Shown here in pieces: positions 30,330 through 39,191 of a DNA stretch of 64,000 nt; position 1 is the stretch's first letter; each line of letters starts with the position of its first letter. The position numbers and the translations under genes are program-made. This DNA comes from an uncultured Candidatus Saccharibacteria bacterium. Lineage in GTDB: Bacteria > Patescibacteriota > Minisyncoccia > Phycocordibacterales > CSBR16-119. Below the pieces are notes generated by a model. That model had not been told where the DNA came from. It did not search any database and worked only from the letters and a program-made list of their open reading frames with translations. Location: NCBI GenBank assembly GCA_964426385.1, contig CAYRQF010000002.1, positions 7,037 to 71,036 on the forward strand, written 5' to 3'.

Positions 30330-30800
30330 ATGAACAGAGATACCGAGAAAGCATTTGGGTGGATTGTTGGTATTCTAAATAATCACAAGATCTCTTTTCA
30401 AATAGAGGGCGGTTTAGCAGCAAAAGCACACGGCGCCGAGAGAGAGTTGGCTGACATAGATCTAGTTATTCCAGAAGATAATTTTGTAGATATCTTGCCT
30501 GAAGTAAAAGATTTTATTAAATCTGGACCTTTGCAATTAAAAGATAGTCATTGGGATTTGCTGCTTATCACGCTTGAATATGAGGGTCAATTAATTGAAA
30601 TAGCAGGTGTCTATGATCAGAAATATTTTGATAATGTTAATAAAGAATGGATATCTGCGCCGTCTGATTTTTCCAAATCTGAATTAAGAGAAATATTCGG
30701 ACAAATAGTGCCAATTGTACCGAAAGAAAATTTAATAAGATCCAAAGAGAGACTTGGAAGGGATGTAGATATAGAAGATTTAAAATTCTTGAAGGGTTAA
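30330..30800 (+). CDS. nucleotidyltransferase-fold protein
   Basis: GGLAAKAHGAERELADIDLVI (GG..DxD) and a C-terminal KERLGRDVDIEDL. Confidence 0.75.
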   Translation: MNRDTEKAFGWIVGILNNHKISFQIEGGLAAKAHGAERELADIDLVIPEDNFVDILPEVKDFIKSGPLQLKDSHWDLLLITLEYEGQLIEIAGVYDQKYFDNVNKEWISAPSDFSKSELREIFGQIVPIVPKENLIRSKERLGRDVDIEDLKFLKG

Positions 30801-30816
30801 ATTCTGTCAGTATTCG

Positions 30817-30962
30817 TCTCGACCCTTGGAAAAACACCGTTAAGAAACGAATCGAGTTTGTCTGAAAGTCCGTACTGTCCGAACCAAGCCTAAGCTTGGT
30901 GAGTTTACGGACCTTTCTGGCTAAACTACGCTCGTTTTAGGTGTTTTTACACCGGGTCTAGA
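30817..30962. other. about 145-nt rod-like inverted repeat (ncRNA or MITE candidate)
   Basis: Nested pairings gaccc/gggtc, aaaaacacc/ggtgttttt, aaacga/tcgttt, agttt/aaact, gaaag/ctttc, tccgta/tacgga, accaagc/gcttggt. Confidence 0.6.
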
Positions 30963-31004
30963 TCTTTTGTTACTTTTGCATCATGGCAAAAGTAAGGAGA
31001 TATT

Positions 31005-31724
31005 TTAGTCGTTACGCATCGGCGCGTTATTCACTATCTTCACTATCTCATCCTCATCATCTAGTATTTTATATAGTTCCAGGTCACTTTCAGAGATAGT
31101 TCCATTCTCAGCTAGTAGAGTTTGCTTTATGAATTGATCGAGTGGCTCCCAGAATTTCTTGCCAACCAAAACTATCGGAAGTCTAGAGATTTTACCTGTT
31201 TGGACGAGCGTCAATATCTCGAATAGTTCGTCGAGCGTGCCGAATCCGCCAGGGAAGTATAGATATGCCTCGGCTGAATATGCCATCAGGGTCTTGCGTG
31301 TGAAGAAGAAATAGAAAGGGATCTCCTCAGTCACGTATTGGTTCGTAAACTGTTCAGTCGGTAGGTTTATCGTCATGCCGAGGGACGGTTTACCCATCTC
31401 GTATGCTCCTCTATTGCCAGCCTCCATGATACCTGGTCCACCACCAGTCGCTATCATACAGTTGAGTTCACCAGCGAGCCTCCTAGAGAGTCTCAGGGCC
31501 TTTTGATAGTGCTCATTATCGACGGGTAAACGCGCAGAGCCCCAAAATGTTACGGATTTGTTGCCGTCTTTGTTCTTCTTCACGATCTCGAATCCTTGGC
31601 GGAACTCTTCGTTCATGAGGCATATCTGACTTTCGGTGTTGTTGTCGCCGTAGACGTAGATACAGCCACTTTTTATTTCTTCAATAGAAAGTTTCTTTGG
31701 TCGAAATGATTGCTTGATATCCAT
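31005..31724 (-). CDS. LOG family (TIGR00730) nucleotide phosphoribohydrolase
   Basis: TFWGSARL, TGGGPGIMEAGNRGA, PGGFGTLDELFE. Start moved to MDIKQ, which lies 10 nt after a TATAAT. Confidence 0.9.
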   Translation of the reverse strand: MDIKQSFRPKKLSIEEIKSGCIYVYGDNNTESQICLMNEEFRQGFEIVKKNKDGNKSVTFWGSARLPVDNEHYQKALRLSRRLAGELNCMIATGGGPGIMEAGNRGAYEMGKPSLGMTINLPTEQFTNQYVTEEIPFYFFFTRKTLMAYSAEAYLYFPGGFGTLDELFEILTLVQTGKISRLPIVLVGKKFWEPLDQFIKQTLLAENGTISESDLELYKILDDEDEIVKIVNNAPMRND

Positions 31725-31868
31725 ATATGGGAATATTATATTTCCTAGCGAAGATGTGTGCAAGGAACAACCTTGAATGACATCTGAGCGAAGGAAATAT
31801 ACGAGCGAGATTTTTTATTCGAGGCTCTTATAGCACGCTTTTTAGAAAGTTTGGAATAAATGAAATAG

Positions 31869-32312
31869 TTAGAACGTCGCGACGGTTTCGTACTCCATCA
31901 CTGGAGGGTTGTAGTCAGGAGACCCTTCTTCGAATTCCTTGTGTCGGACTTCATATACATCACCAGCTTTTACAACTTTGAAATATTCACCGAAGCCGGC
32001 GTAGTAGCACATGATCATTGTACTGTCGTAGACATCGGCATCAGGGTCTGGATAATTCTCGCATCCACCTTGAACTTCACCGACATCTTTTTTCACAACT
32101 GTCCCGTCAGGATATGTGGCGGATAGGCTCACTTTGTTGTATGGGAATTCACCTTTTTCAAATGGTGAGTACTCCCATGCGAATGTCGGGTTACCAGCGG
32201 GCGTCTCTGCGACGGGGGTAGGGGTTTGAGCTTCTTTCGGCTCGGTGTCACGCAACAGGAAATATCCGCCGACGATGATAATTATTACTGCGATTAGGAT
32301 CTTTATGTTCAT
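31869..32312 (-). CDS. hypothetical membrane-anchored exported protein
   Basis: N-terminal TM helix, Pro/Thr linker, Cys pair (CYYAGFG). Confidence 0.75.
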   Translation of the reverse strand: MNIKILIAVIIIIVGGYFLLRDTEPKEAQTPTPVAETPAGNPTFAWEYSPFEKGEFPYNKVSLSATYPDGTVVKKDVGEVQGGCENYPDPDADVYDSTMIMCYYAGFGEYFKVVKAGDVYEVRHKEFEEGSPDYNPPVMEYETVATF

Positions 32313-32394
32313 AGTGAGTCAATTATAGCAGAATTACTCGACAGTCAGTAGAGATGTGGTGCAGGTACTAATCCCTATAATCTATCGTTATATA

Positions 32395-32432
32395 AAAGAG
32401 AAGACCCCCCGCGAGTAGCAGGGGGTCTCTTC
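32395..32432 (-). terminator. terminator after antiporter gene
   Basis: agaccccc / gggggtct stem, with a T-rich tail on the minus strand. Confidence 0.65.
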
Positions 32433-32446
32433 ATCTCACTGATAGG

Positions 32447-32581
32447 CTATTTCCGATTCAAGTAGTCGTCCCCCCGAAGGTGGTAACTAAACTTGCGTCG
32501 ATGAGCTTTCCAGTTGTTGAGGTAGTTGTCGTATACGCGCTTAGCTATGCGCCGGCATACGCGAAAGATCAGGTTCTTCAT
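32447..32581 (-). CDS. possible small basic protein (44 aa) overlapping the antiporter 3' end
   Basis: MKNLIFRVCRRIAKRVYDNYLNNWKAHRRKFSYHLRGDDYLNRK; ends just before the terminator. Confidence 0.35.
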   Translation of the reverse strand: MKNLIFRVCRRIAKRVYDNYLNNWKAHRRKFSYHLRGDDYLNRK

Positions 32582-33902
32582 GGGTCTCTTTTTTTGATTC
32601 TTCGGTCAAACCGAGTGTCTTCGCCCACCATGGTGTGATGGCTGGCAGGAGGGTCAGTGTCCAGATCACCACCCACGCCACGAGTGGCATGAGAGTGGTT
32701 AGTTCTGGAAAGGACTTTAGCGTGATGACCGTTAGGACAATCGCGATAACTCCTGTTTCCCTGACACCACAGAGGAACAACGCCTCCTTGATCACTATCT
32801 TCTTGCGCAGAAGTGGCCAGAGGAGCGACACGAAGACCGCTACTGGACGAACGAAGAAGATGAACAGCATCGAAATGGCGAAGCCTGTGAACGCATTCTG
32901 CCATAGGTCACCGACGCTCACGAGTGGTCCCGCCATCATGAAGATGGTGGGTTTTGCCAGCGAGTCGATCTTCGTTTCCATCACCTGTAGCGTCCGGCCG
33001 AATCTGTGGTTGCTGTGATTGTAATTGGCGAGCAACCCAGTAATGAATGCGGCCAGGAAGCCGTTACCACCGAAGAAGGCGGCGAGAACGAACACGAAAA
33101 TAGGGACAGCGAGCACGACACCAAAGTCGTAGCTTGTTTCGTGGTTGTCACTCTTGTGCTTCTCGTACAGGCGCATAATGAACCAGCCGACCAATCCCGC
33201 AATCGCTCCGATAGCGAGTTCTTTGCCGAGGTGTGTCAGGTTATGCGGTTCAGAGATACCCGTTAGCACATTGCCGATCGAGGCGACATCAACTCCACTC
33301 TGGATCATGATGATCACCGCACCGGTAAAGATGGCGCCGACAGCATCGTTAATGGCTGATTCCGCCACACTGATGTCCACCAGCCTCTTGTACTCGGGCT
33401 TGAACCGAACATCTTTCAGTGTGGGTATGAGCGATGCTGGATCAGTTGAGCCGATGATCGCTGCGAGGAGTGCTGCCGTCTTGCCTTCGATACCGATAGC
33501 GAGCGCCAGGAATAGTAGGGCAAAAAATGCCACAATGTAGCCAAGCGTCGCGATCAGGATTGTCGGCAGAGCTATCTTCCCGAAAAGTCTCCGCTCCACT
33601 TCATCACCTCCTGATTTCAGAATGATAGCAGCGAGCACTGAGCAGACGACCACAATGATCATCGTTTGTGATGACAGTGGCGAAAGTGCGTCGTGCAACA
33701 GGATGCTGACACCCAGCTGTAGGGTGAAAGACGGGAAGATCGTACCCTTGGAAACCTCAGAGCATGCCCAGCCGAAGCCGAGAATTAGTGAGAGTATCCA
33801 AAAGGTCTCCATTCCAACGGGCAGTCGCCCTAGTATGAATGGGCTAACCGCATTGACCCCTATCGCGATAGCGATGAGGGCTAGAATCTTCAGGTATTTC
33901 AT
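32541..33902 (-). CDS. cation:proton antiporter (CPA1/NhaP family)
   Basis: About 13 TM helices, AAIIGSTDPASL, ESAINDAVG, GNGFLAAF. Confidence 0.9.
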   Translation of the reverse strand: MKYLKILALIAIAIGVNAVSPFILGRLPVGMETFWILSLILGFGWACSEVSKGTIFPSFTLQLGVSILLHDALSPLSSQTMIIVVVCSVLAAIILKSGGDEVERRLFGKIALPTILIATLGYIVAFFALLFLALAIGIEGKTAALLAAIIGSTDPASLIPTLKDVRFKPEYKRLVDISVAESAINDAVGAIFTGAVIIMIQSGVDVASIGNVLTGISEPHNLTHLGKELAIGAIAGLVGWFIMRLYEKHKSDNHETSYDFGVVLAVPIFVFVLAAFFGGNGFLAAFITGLLANYNHSNHRFGRTLQVMETKIDSLAKPTIFMMAGPLVSVGDLWQNAFTGFAISMLFIFFVRPVAVFVSLLWPLLRKKIVIKEALFLCGVRETGVIAIVLTVITLKSFPELTTLMPLVAWVVIWTLTLLPAITPWWAKTLGLTEESKKETHEEPDLSRMPAHS

Positions 33903-33946
33903 GAGGTCTGGAGGGGGTTGTAGAGTGGTGTAGACTCAGGGTTTTT

Positions 33947-34028
33947 GTGTGAAAGAACTGGCCATCTCGCCCTATGTGAATAGGGACTAGACGGATTACT
34001 ATCTTATTGTTTAATGCTAAAAAGTCAA
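33947..34028 (-). promoter_or_regulatory. sigma70 promoter plus leader hairpin plus boxA-like motif
   Basis: Minus strand TTGACT-16nt-TAAGAT, then the ccgtct..ccctat-tcac-ataggg..agatgg hairpin, then gttctttcacac. Confidence 0.55.
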
Positions 34029-34090
34029 CCGGGGGTCAGCCCGGTCTGAAAAGCCCCAGAATGTGCATTTTCTCCAGTGTTAGAAATAGA

Positions 34091-34315
34091 TTATGACCTA
34101 TGCGGGCACCCTGCCCAGCAGCACGGCCGGCGCATGCCGCCAGAAAGCTTTGAGACAGCCTTTTCTATACGTATACCGCGTGTTTCGGCACGTTTTCCAG
34201 ATATGACCCAGCATATCCATTCATTGCGGGCGAGGGGAGTAACCTCCTGCCACACGGCTTGAGCGGGCTTATTTGAGGCAATAGCTTGTTGCAAATCTGA
34301 TGGAAGTTTATGCAT
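34091..34315 (-). CDS. YdeI/OmpD-associated family protein
   Basis: LPSDLQQA..WQEVTPLARNEWICWV..ETRGIRI..GMRRPCCWAGCPHR. Confidence 0.85.
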   Translation of the reverse strand: MHKLPSDLQQAIASNKPAQAVWQEVTPLARNEWICWVISGKRAETRGIRIEKAVSKLSGGMRRPCCWAGCPHRS

Positions 34316-34322
34316 GCACTTA

Positions 34323-34904
34323 TTATAGGAATTTATCTGGGAATTCGCCTAATAACTCCTTAGCTTTTTCGTATCTACTTCTAAATGCTTCTTGGGCTTC
34401 TGGTAAGACGATTTTCCTATTCCAGTCTTTTTCTATTTTTTCTTTCAGATATTTTTGAGTAGTTACAAAGTCATCGCCATCACCAAAGTAGCTTGGATAA
34501 AATACCCCAACGAAATGGGACGCTCCGTCAGCTGAAGAGATGATTTGGGTTTCTATAGGAGTAGTTCGGATATCAATTTCATTCTTCTTTTCCATTAATT
34601 CCCAGCACCTTAAGACTTTATCAATAAACTCTTGGGAAAAACCGCATTCAGCAAGAGCTTTTGGTCCTTCTCGCAAAGTTGTCTCTTTTTCATTTTTCTC
34701 ATCAATAGGTTTCCCAAAGTCATGGAACCAGACCAAAACCTGAACAATGTCTCTGTCAGCTTCTGGGTAGGCGTCACAAAGTTCCATAGCAATACGTTCA
34801 ACAATTTCAAGATGGTATTTGACCATCCACTCGTGATATTGAAAATCCTTCTTAGAGAAGTTTTCTATTGTAAGGCTCTTAAACTTTGCGATTTTTTCTT
34901 GCAT
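34323..34904 (-). CDS. HD-domain protein
   Basis: YHLEIV..WFHDFGK..ISSADGASH. Confidence 0.85.
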   Translation of the reverse strand: MQEKIAKFKSLTIENFSKKDFQYHEWMVKYHLEIVERIAMELCDAYPEADRDIVQVLVWFHDFGKPIDEKNEKETTLREGPKALAECGFSQEFIDKVLRCWELMEKKNEIDIRTTPIETQIISSADGASHFVGVFYPSYFGDGDDFVTTQKYLKEKIEKDWNRKIVLPEAQEAFRSRYEKAKELLGEFPDKFL

Positions 34905-34961
34905 GAGGATATTTTACCATTTCCTTGATTTTGAGCCGAATTTGGGGCAGAATAGCGACAT

Positions 34962-35032
34962 TGCCGGATCGTCTAATGGTAGGACATATCCCTCTGGAGG
35001 ATAGTATCTTGGTTCGAGTCCAGGTCCGGCAG
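34962..35032 (+). tRNA. tRNA-Gln (CTG)
   Basis: tgccgga/tccggca acceptor stem, tatcc-ctCTGga-ggata anticodon arm, cttgg-ttcgagt-ccagg T arm. Confidence 0.95.
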
Positions 35033-35071
35033 CAAATTTGAGCAGAGTTCGGAGTACGAAGAGTATCATTT

Positions 35072-35602
35072 ATGCATAAATCACAATACAATATTCCTTA
35101 CGTGGTTGTTACTCAGAACATGATGCAAAACGCTGCGCGTAGTTCTGTGCAGACAATGGAAACCCTATTAAGTAAAAATCGGCTTGACTTAACATCTTGG
35201 CATGTACCATTTTATATTCTTGCTACGACGGCTCTTGAGTTATTTCCTAAAGTAGCACTATCTCGTAATAGACAAAACGGAGAACCAATTCCAGAAATTA
35301 TTAAGGAATTTAAAAGATTAGGGCATAAACTCGATGCGCTCTATTCAAGTGAGGTGGTCGGCGACGATTTTCTATTAAGAGCCGGGATATCTAAGGTTGT
35401 AAAGGTCGTAGATCAAGACCAATTTGTCTATCGTTTTGATTTTTATCAAAATGGATCAAATGTCCCTATTCAGGTCTACGATATGGAATCTCTAAGATAC
35501 GGATTTATGGCGGGAATTAAATCCAACGCAGGGATAATAGCATATCAATTTGATGATCTGCTTAAACTATGTCAGTTAGTCGAAAAAGCCGCAATCAGTT
35601 GA
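35072..35602 (+). CDS. hypothetical protein, possible HEPN-like domain
   Basis: ALELFPKVAL..LGHKLDALY..SLRY resembles the E-x-x-x-K..H-x-L..RY pattern of HEPN proteins. Confidence 0.5.
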   Translation: MHKSQYNIPYVVVTQNMMQNAARSSVQTMETLLSKNRLDLTSWHVPFYILATTALELFPKVALSRNRQNGEPIPEIIKEFKRLGHKLDALYSSEVVGDDFLLRAGISKVVKVVDQDQFVYRFDFYQNGSNVPIQVYDMESLRYGFMAGIKSNAGIIAYQFDDLLKLCQLVEKAAIS

Positions 35603-35637
35603 TTTAAAACGCAATCAAGATGGTAAAATAAAAGCCC

Positions 35638-35973
35638 ATGATCATACATATTTGTTCAACAACGACCTGGAAAGCAGTCAAAGAGCAAGGTTATTACGAA
35701 GCTGACAGCTTAAAATCACAAGGTTTTATTCATTGCTCAAAACCCGAACAGGTAGTTAAAGTTGCTGATTTCAATTTCAAAGGAACTAAAGACCTCATAT
35801 TACTTTTAATTGACGAAGAAAAAGTTAAGCCCGAAATAAAGTACGAGGATGGCGGAAGCGGAGAGTTGTATCCTCACATTTATGGACCGCTGAACATTGA
35901 CGCTGTTATTGGTACTGTAGATTTTCCAACCGAAGCTGATGGAAATTTCAAACTTCCGAAATTGCCTGAATAA
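35638..35973 (+). CDS. DUF952 domain protein
   Basis: IIHIC..W..GFIHCS..QV..LYPHIYGPLNIDAV. Confidence 0.9.
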   Translation: MIIHICSTTTWKAVKEQGYYEADSLKSQGFIHCSKPEQVVKVADFNFKGTKDLILLLIDEEKVKPEIKYEDGGSGELYPHIYGPLNIDAVIGTVDFPTEADGNFKLPKLPE

Positions 35974-36085
35974 TCAATTCCGAAGAGGGTCGAAATGGTA
36001 GAATCAAAGTTACCTGGAGAGCCTTGTGGGGTAAGGTATTAAAAATTACGAGCCCGAACAGGCCAGCAATTTAGAGAATTAAGGA

Positions 36086-36454
36086 ATGATAGCCAATAAA
36101 AAACTCAGCGTAGTCTTCGATAAAACAAGTGGGCACTGCCATTTTTGCGGTGATGCTCTCGTGTTTGATAAATATGGAGTAAAAGACATAAATAATCTAG
36201 AGGGTGCATGGGAGGCAGATCACGTTATCCAAAAAGGTAAGGGTGGGAGCAAGGATATTGAAAATTGTCTACCATCCTGTGTTAGGTGTAATCGTCTAAG
36301 GTGGCACCGCAAAGGTGATGACCTGAGGGAGCTTATTTTCTGTGGGCTTATTGTGAAGGACGAAATAAAAAAAAGAACAGTTCTTGGAAAGAAGATCTCT
36401 GAGCTCAAAGATAAGCGAATTAATCAGAACACTAGTCGTAGGAGAAAGATATAG
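36086..36454 (+). CDS. HNH endonuclease
   Basis: CHFCG..WEADHVIQKGKGG..ENCLPSCVRCN. Confidence 0.88.
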   Translation: MIANKKLSVVFDKTSGHCHFCGDALVFDKYGVKDINNLEGAWEADHVIQKGKGGSKDIENCLPSCVRCNRLRWHRKGDDLRELIFCGLIVKDEIKKRTVLGKKISELKDKRINQNTSRRRKI

Positions 36455-36525
36455 TCTGTTTCGCATGTAGTATCCTTGCGAGTAATATATTCGGCCCAAA
36501 ATCAAGGAAATGTTAGAATGGGCGA

Positions 36526-36849
36526 ATGGATAAAGATACTCAAATCAAGGAACTGACCGCCAAGGCCAAGCGAGTTATGGATAATTACAGGATCGATTTT
36601 CCTGATGTGAAGATGGATCGGGACTATATACCGTTCAAGATCACCGAAGAATGGGGCGAATGCCTCCAGGCGTACCTGATGCTAACCGATCGAGGTCGCC
36701 AGAAGGGCAAGAGTAAAGAAGAGATCAAGGAATTACTCTCACAAGAATTCGCCGATGTTTTCGCTTATCTACTACTATTCGCTGATGCCGAAGGTGTCGA
36801 TCTCGCCGAGTCTGTCAAAAAGAAATGGTTCGCGTATTTAAAAGATTAA
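36526..36849 (+). CDS. MazG-like nucleotide pyrophosphatase
   Basis: KITEEWGEC..EFADVFAYLL..VDLAESVKKKW. Confidence 0.85.
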   Translation: MDKDTQIKELTAKAKRVMDNYRIDFPDVKMDRDYIPFKITEEWGECLQAYLMLTDRGRQKGKSKEEIKELLSQEFADVFAYLLLFADAEGVDLAESVKKKWFAYLKD

Positions 36850-36858
36850 TAAATATTA

Positions 36859-37254
36859 ATGAGATCAACTGAATGGTATGCCGCACTCGTGAAGCCTGAC
36901 TGGGCTCCGCCGTCATGGCTTTTTGGTCCGGTTTGGACCGTGCTATACGCTATTATCGCCGTAACATTCGGCTCAGTTTTTTATCGAGCTTTCAAGGGCG
37001 AGATTCCGTTCGTCGTTGTTCTGCCATTTATCCTCAATCTTGTTTTCAATATACTCTTCACTCCGATCCAGTTCGGCTTGCGTAACAACCTGCTCGCCGC
37101 TGTCGACATCCTGCTCGTACTCGGAACTCTCGTCTGGGCACTCATCGCTATCTGGCCACACATGCGCTGGGTTGTTTATGCGAACATCCCATATGTACTG
37201 TGGGTCGCGTTCGCCACAGTGCTCCAGTTATCCATAACTTTCATTAATAGATAA
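36859..37254 (+). CDS. TspO/MBR family tryptophan-rich sensory protein
   Basis: WYAALVKPDWAPPSWLFGPVWTVLY..PYVLWVAFATVL. Confidence 0.92.
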   Translation: MRSTEWYAALVKPDWAPPSWLFGPVWTVLYAIIAVTFGSVFYRAFKGEIPFVVVLPFILNLVFNILFTPIQFGLRNNLLAAVDILLVLGTLVWALIAIWPHMRWVVYANIPYVLWVAFATVLQLSITFINR

Positions 37255-37703
37255 TGAACACTCTCGACACCATCGCACTGTTCGTCATGCTCGCTGGATT
37301 CGTCATCGGTCTCGGCGCTGTGACCGTCATCGACATTCACGGCTTCCTCGGACGTAAGTCTAGCTACTGGACTTTGGCAACGACTCGCACTCACAAAGTC
37401 ACCAAGCCTCTCATATGGATAGGTATGTTCCTCGCCATCGTTGGCGGAGTATTGCTTTACCGACACGAGTCTCTCGTGGGTATACCGCTCATTCACGCCA
37501 TCGTCGCGCTCGTTCTCATCCTAAATGGATTATTCCTGTCTTTCCGCGTCAGTCCGTATCTCCTAGCCAAAGAGAAGTCTGGTCGCGCAGAGGAACTACT
37601 GCCGAAGTCTTGGCAGGATCGCATCATCGTGAGTCTCATCGTCTCAGACATCGGCTGGTGGGGAAGCCTGGCGTTACTCGTCGTTTATATATCGAAGCTC
37701 TAG
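37254..37703 (+). CDS. hypothetical membrane protein (4 TM)
   Basis: Hydrophobic helices; start overlaps the tspO stop. Confidence 0.75.
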   Translation: MNTLDTIALFVMLAGFVIGLGAVTVIDIHGFLGRKSSYWTLATTRTHKVTKPLIWIGMFLAIVGGVLLYRHESLVGIPLIHAIVALVLILNGLFLSFRVSPYLLAKEKSGRAEELLPKSWQDRIIVSLIVSDIGWWGSLALLVVYISKL

Positions 37704-37706
37704 TCT

Positions 37707-38219
37707 ATGGGCAAACCTAGAACAGTCTCTGTAAATAACAAAATGCAGAAAGGGTACAAGTACGAACTCACAGAACCCGTGGGTCGTAACTTCGATCCCG
37801 AGTTTCGACCTGACCTAACTCCCGCCGAGATGCTTCACCTCGGAGTCTTCGGCGGAGTGTACATGCGTGACTGCGGGAGCGAGTATCCGAAGAGTTGGTT
37901 TAGCGGAGCGAAGTTCGCCAAAGGCGCTCGTGATGCGGATATTAACTATTTCAAAGTGAATGCTAGTCAGCCACTCTCAGTCTGGCGAGCCAAAGGTTGG
38001 ATCAGGGAGATGGATCCTCGGGGATGGTTCGAATGGTACTGTCGTTACTACATAGGTAGACGTATTCCAGCCGAGGACACTCGCCAGATCAAGCGCTGGA
38101 AGGCTATGCGTCGTCATCTCGGGCAGATAGTCGGGAACTGTCGGGCAGGGGACACTAGTTGCAGACCTCGTCAGCGTCAGGCACTCCTACATTGGGCATA
38201 CGATACACGCAGGGTCTAG
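37707..38219 (+). CDS. conserved hypothetical protein
   Basis: PDLTPAEMLHLGVFGGVY, NYFKV, DPRGWFEWYCRYYIGRR..DTRQIKRW..RQALLHWAY motifs. Confidence 0.8.
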   Translation: MGKPRTVSVNNKMQKGYKYELTEPVGRNFDPEFRPDLTPAEMLHLGVFGGVYMRDCGSEYPKSWFSGAKFAKGARDADINYFKVNASQPLSVWRAKGWIREMDPRGWFEWYCRYYIGRRIPAEDTRQIKRWKAMRRHLGQIVGNCRAGDTSCRPRQRQALLHWAYDTRRV

Positions 38220-38258
38220 ACGTTCAAAACTCACCTCAAAAATGGTAAAATATGGTCT

Positions 38259-39191
38259 ATGAAAAAATCGCTTAAAGCCTTTGTTTTCGGCCTTTTTATC
38301 TTTGTTTTTGCCTTAGGACCACTTCAACCAGCAGTCGTTTCGGCCTATGGAGGGGTTGACGAGTGGCTTTTTAGTACGAATGATTTACGCAAGAAAGTGA
38401 ACGCTCTCGGTGCCGAGGCTGTCAAGAATCTACCTCTACCGGTTCTCATCGGTGTACCACTCAGTAGTGTCTCATCGAACTTCGGGGACATCCGCTCAGG
38501 TGGTAGGAAACACGAGGGGTTAGACATCATGGCACCGATGGGTTCACCTATCGTTTCTCCGACAGATGCCGTGGTCCTAAAAGTCGGCTATGGAGCAAGC
38601 TCCGGATACTATGTCTATACAGGGAACCCTGGTGGCGAAGTCTTCGCCTACATGCACCTCGAGAAGCCTTCGACACTCGAGGCTGGTGACGAGCTCGACG
38701 AGGGCGACCTCATCGGCTATGTCGGTAACACAGGGAACGCCAAAGGTGGCTCTCCACATCTACACTTCGAGGTTAGGAAGGATGGTCCGACTGATCCTTT
38801 CCTGCGTATCACCAAAGAGTTCAGTGTAGAACAGCGTCTGGCGTTCCTCGAGAACATCATCGACAAGGTCAAAGATACGAGCACCTCTGTTGCCAAAGCA
38901 ACGAAGACAACGACAGCAAAAGCAGACGTTACCGAAGATAACGCCATCAATCTCCCGAACACTGACCTCAAGCTCGGTGCACGAGGTGAGAGTGTTCGAG
39001 AACTCCAGGAGTTTCTGATCGAGCAGAACGTCGGCACTAGTGTGGCGAAGCTCGCCAAAGCCGGTGCGACAGGCTATTTCGGCGAGGTTACGAAGAGTGC
39101 ACTCGCAGAATATCAGGCGTCAATCGGTATCAAGCCAGCTAGCGGATACTACGGACCTATTACTAGAAAAATCATCGCGCAGAATATCTAA
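38259..39191 (+). CDS. M23 family peptidase with C-terminal peptidoglycan-binding domain
   Basis: HEGLDI, YMHL, GNTGNA..PHLHFEV; C-terminal LKLGARGESVRELQEFL..TGYFGEVTKSALAEYQ. Confidence 0.92.
   Translation: MKKSLKAFVFGLFIFVFALGPLQPAVVSAYGGVDEWLFSTNDLRKKVNALGAEAVKNLPLPVLIGVPLSSVSSNFGDIRSGGRKHEGLDIMAPMGSPIVSPTDAVVLKVGYGASSGYYVYTGNPGGEVFAYMHLEKPSTLEAGDELDEGDLIGYVGNTGNAKGGSPHLHFEVRKDGPTDPFLRITKEFSVEQRLAFLENIIDKVKDTSTSVAKATKTTTAKADVTEDNAINLPNTDLKLGARGESVRELQEFLIEQNVGTSVAKLAKAGATGYFGEVTKSALAEYQASIGIKPASGYYGPITRKIIAQNI

Larger units (their letters stand above)
34911..36519. repeat. 31-bp inverted repeat pair (34911-34941 / 36489-36519)
   Basis: attcggctcaaaatcaaggaaatggtaaaat (minus strand) vs attcggcccaaaatcaaggaaatgttagaat (plus strand), 28/31 identical. 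Confidence 0.75.

Noticed and set aside
35980-36075. Degenerate tRNA or attR site
   Set aside because: No cloverleaf can be built, and the similarity to the tRNA-Gln 3' end is too weak to call as a feature.
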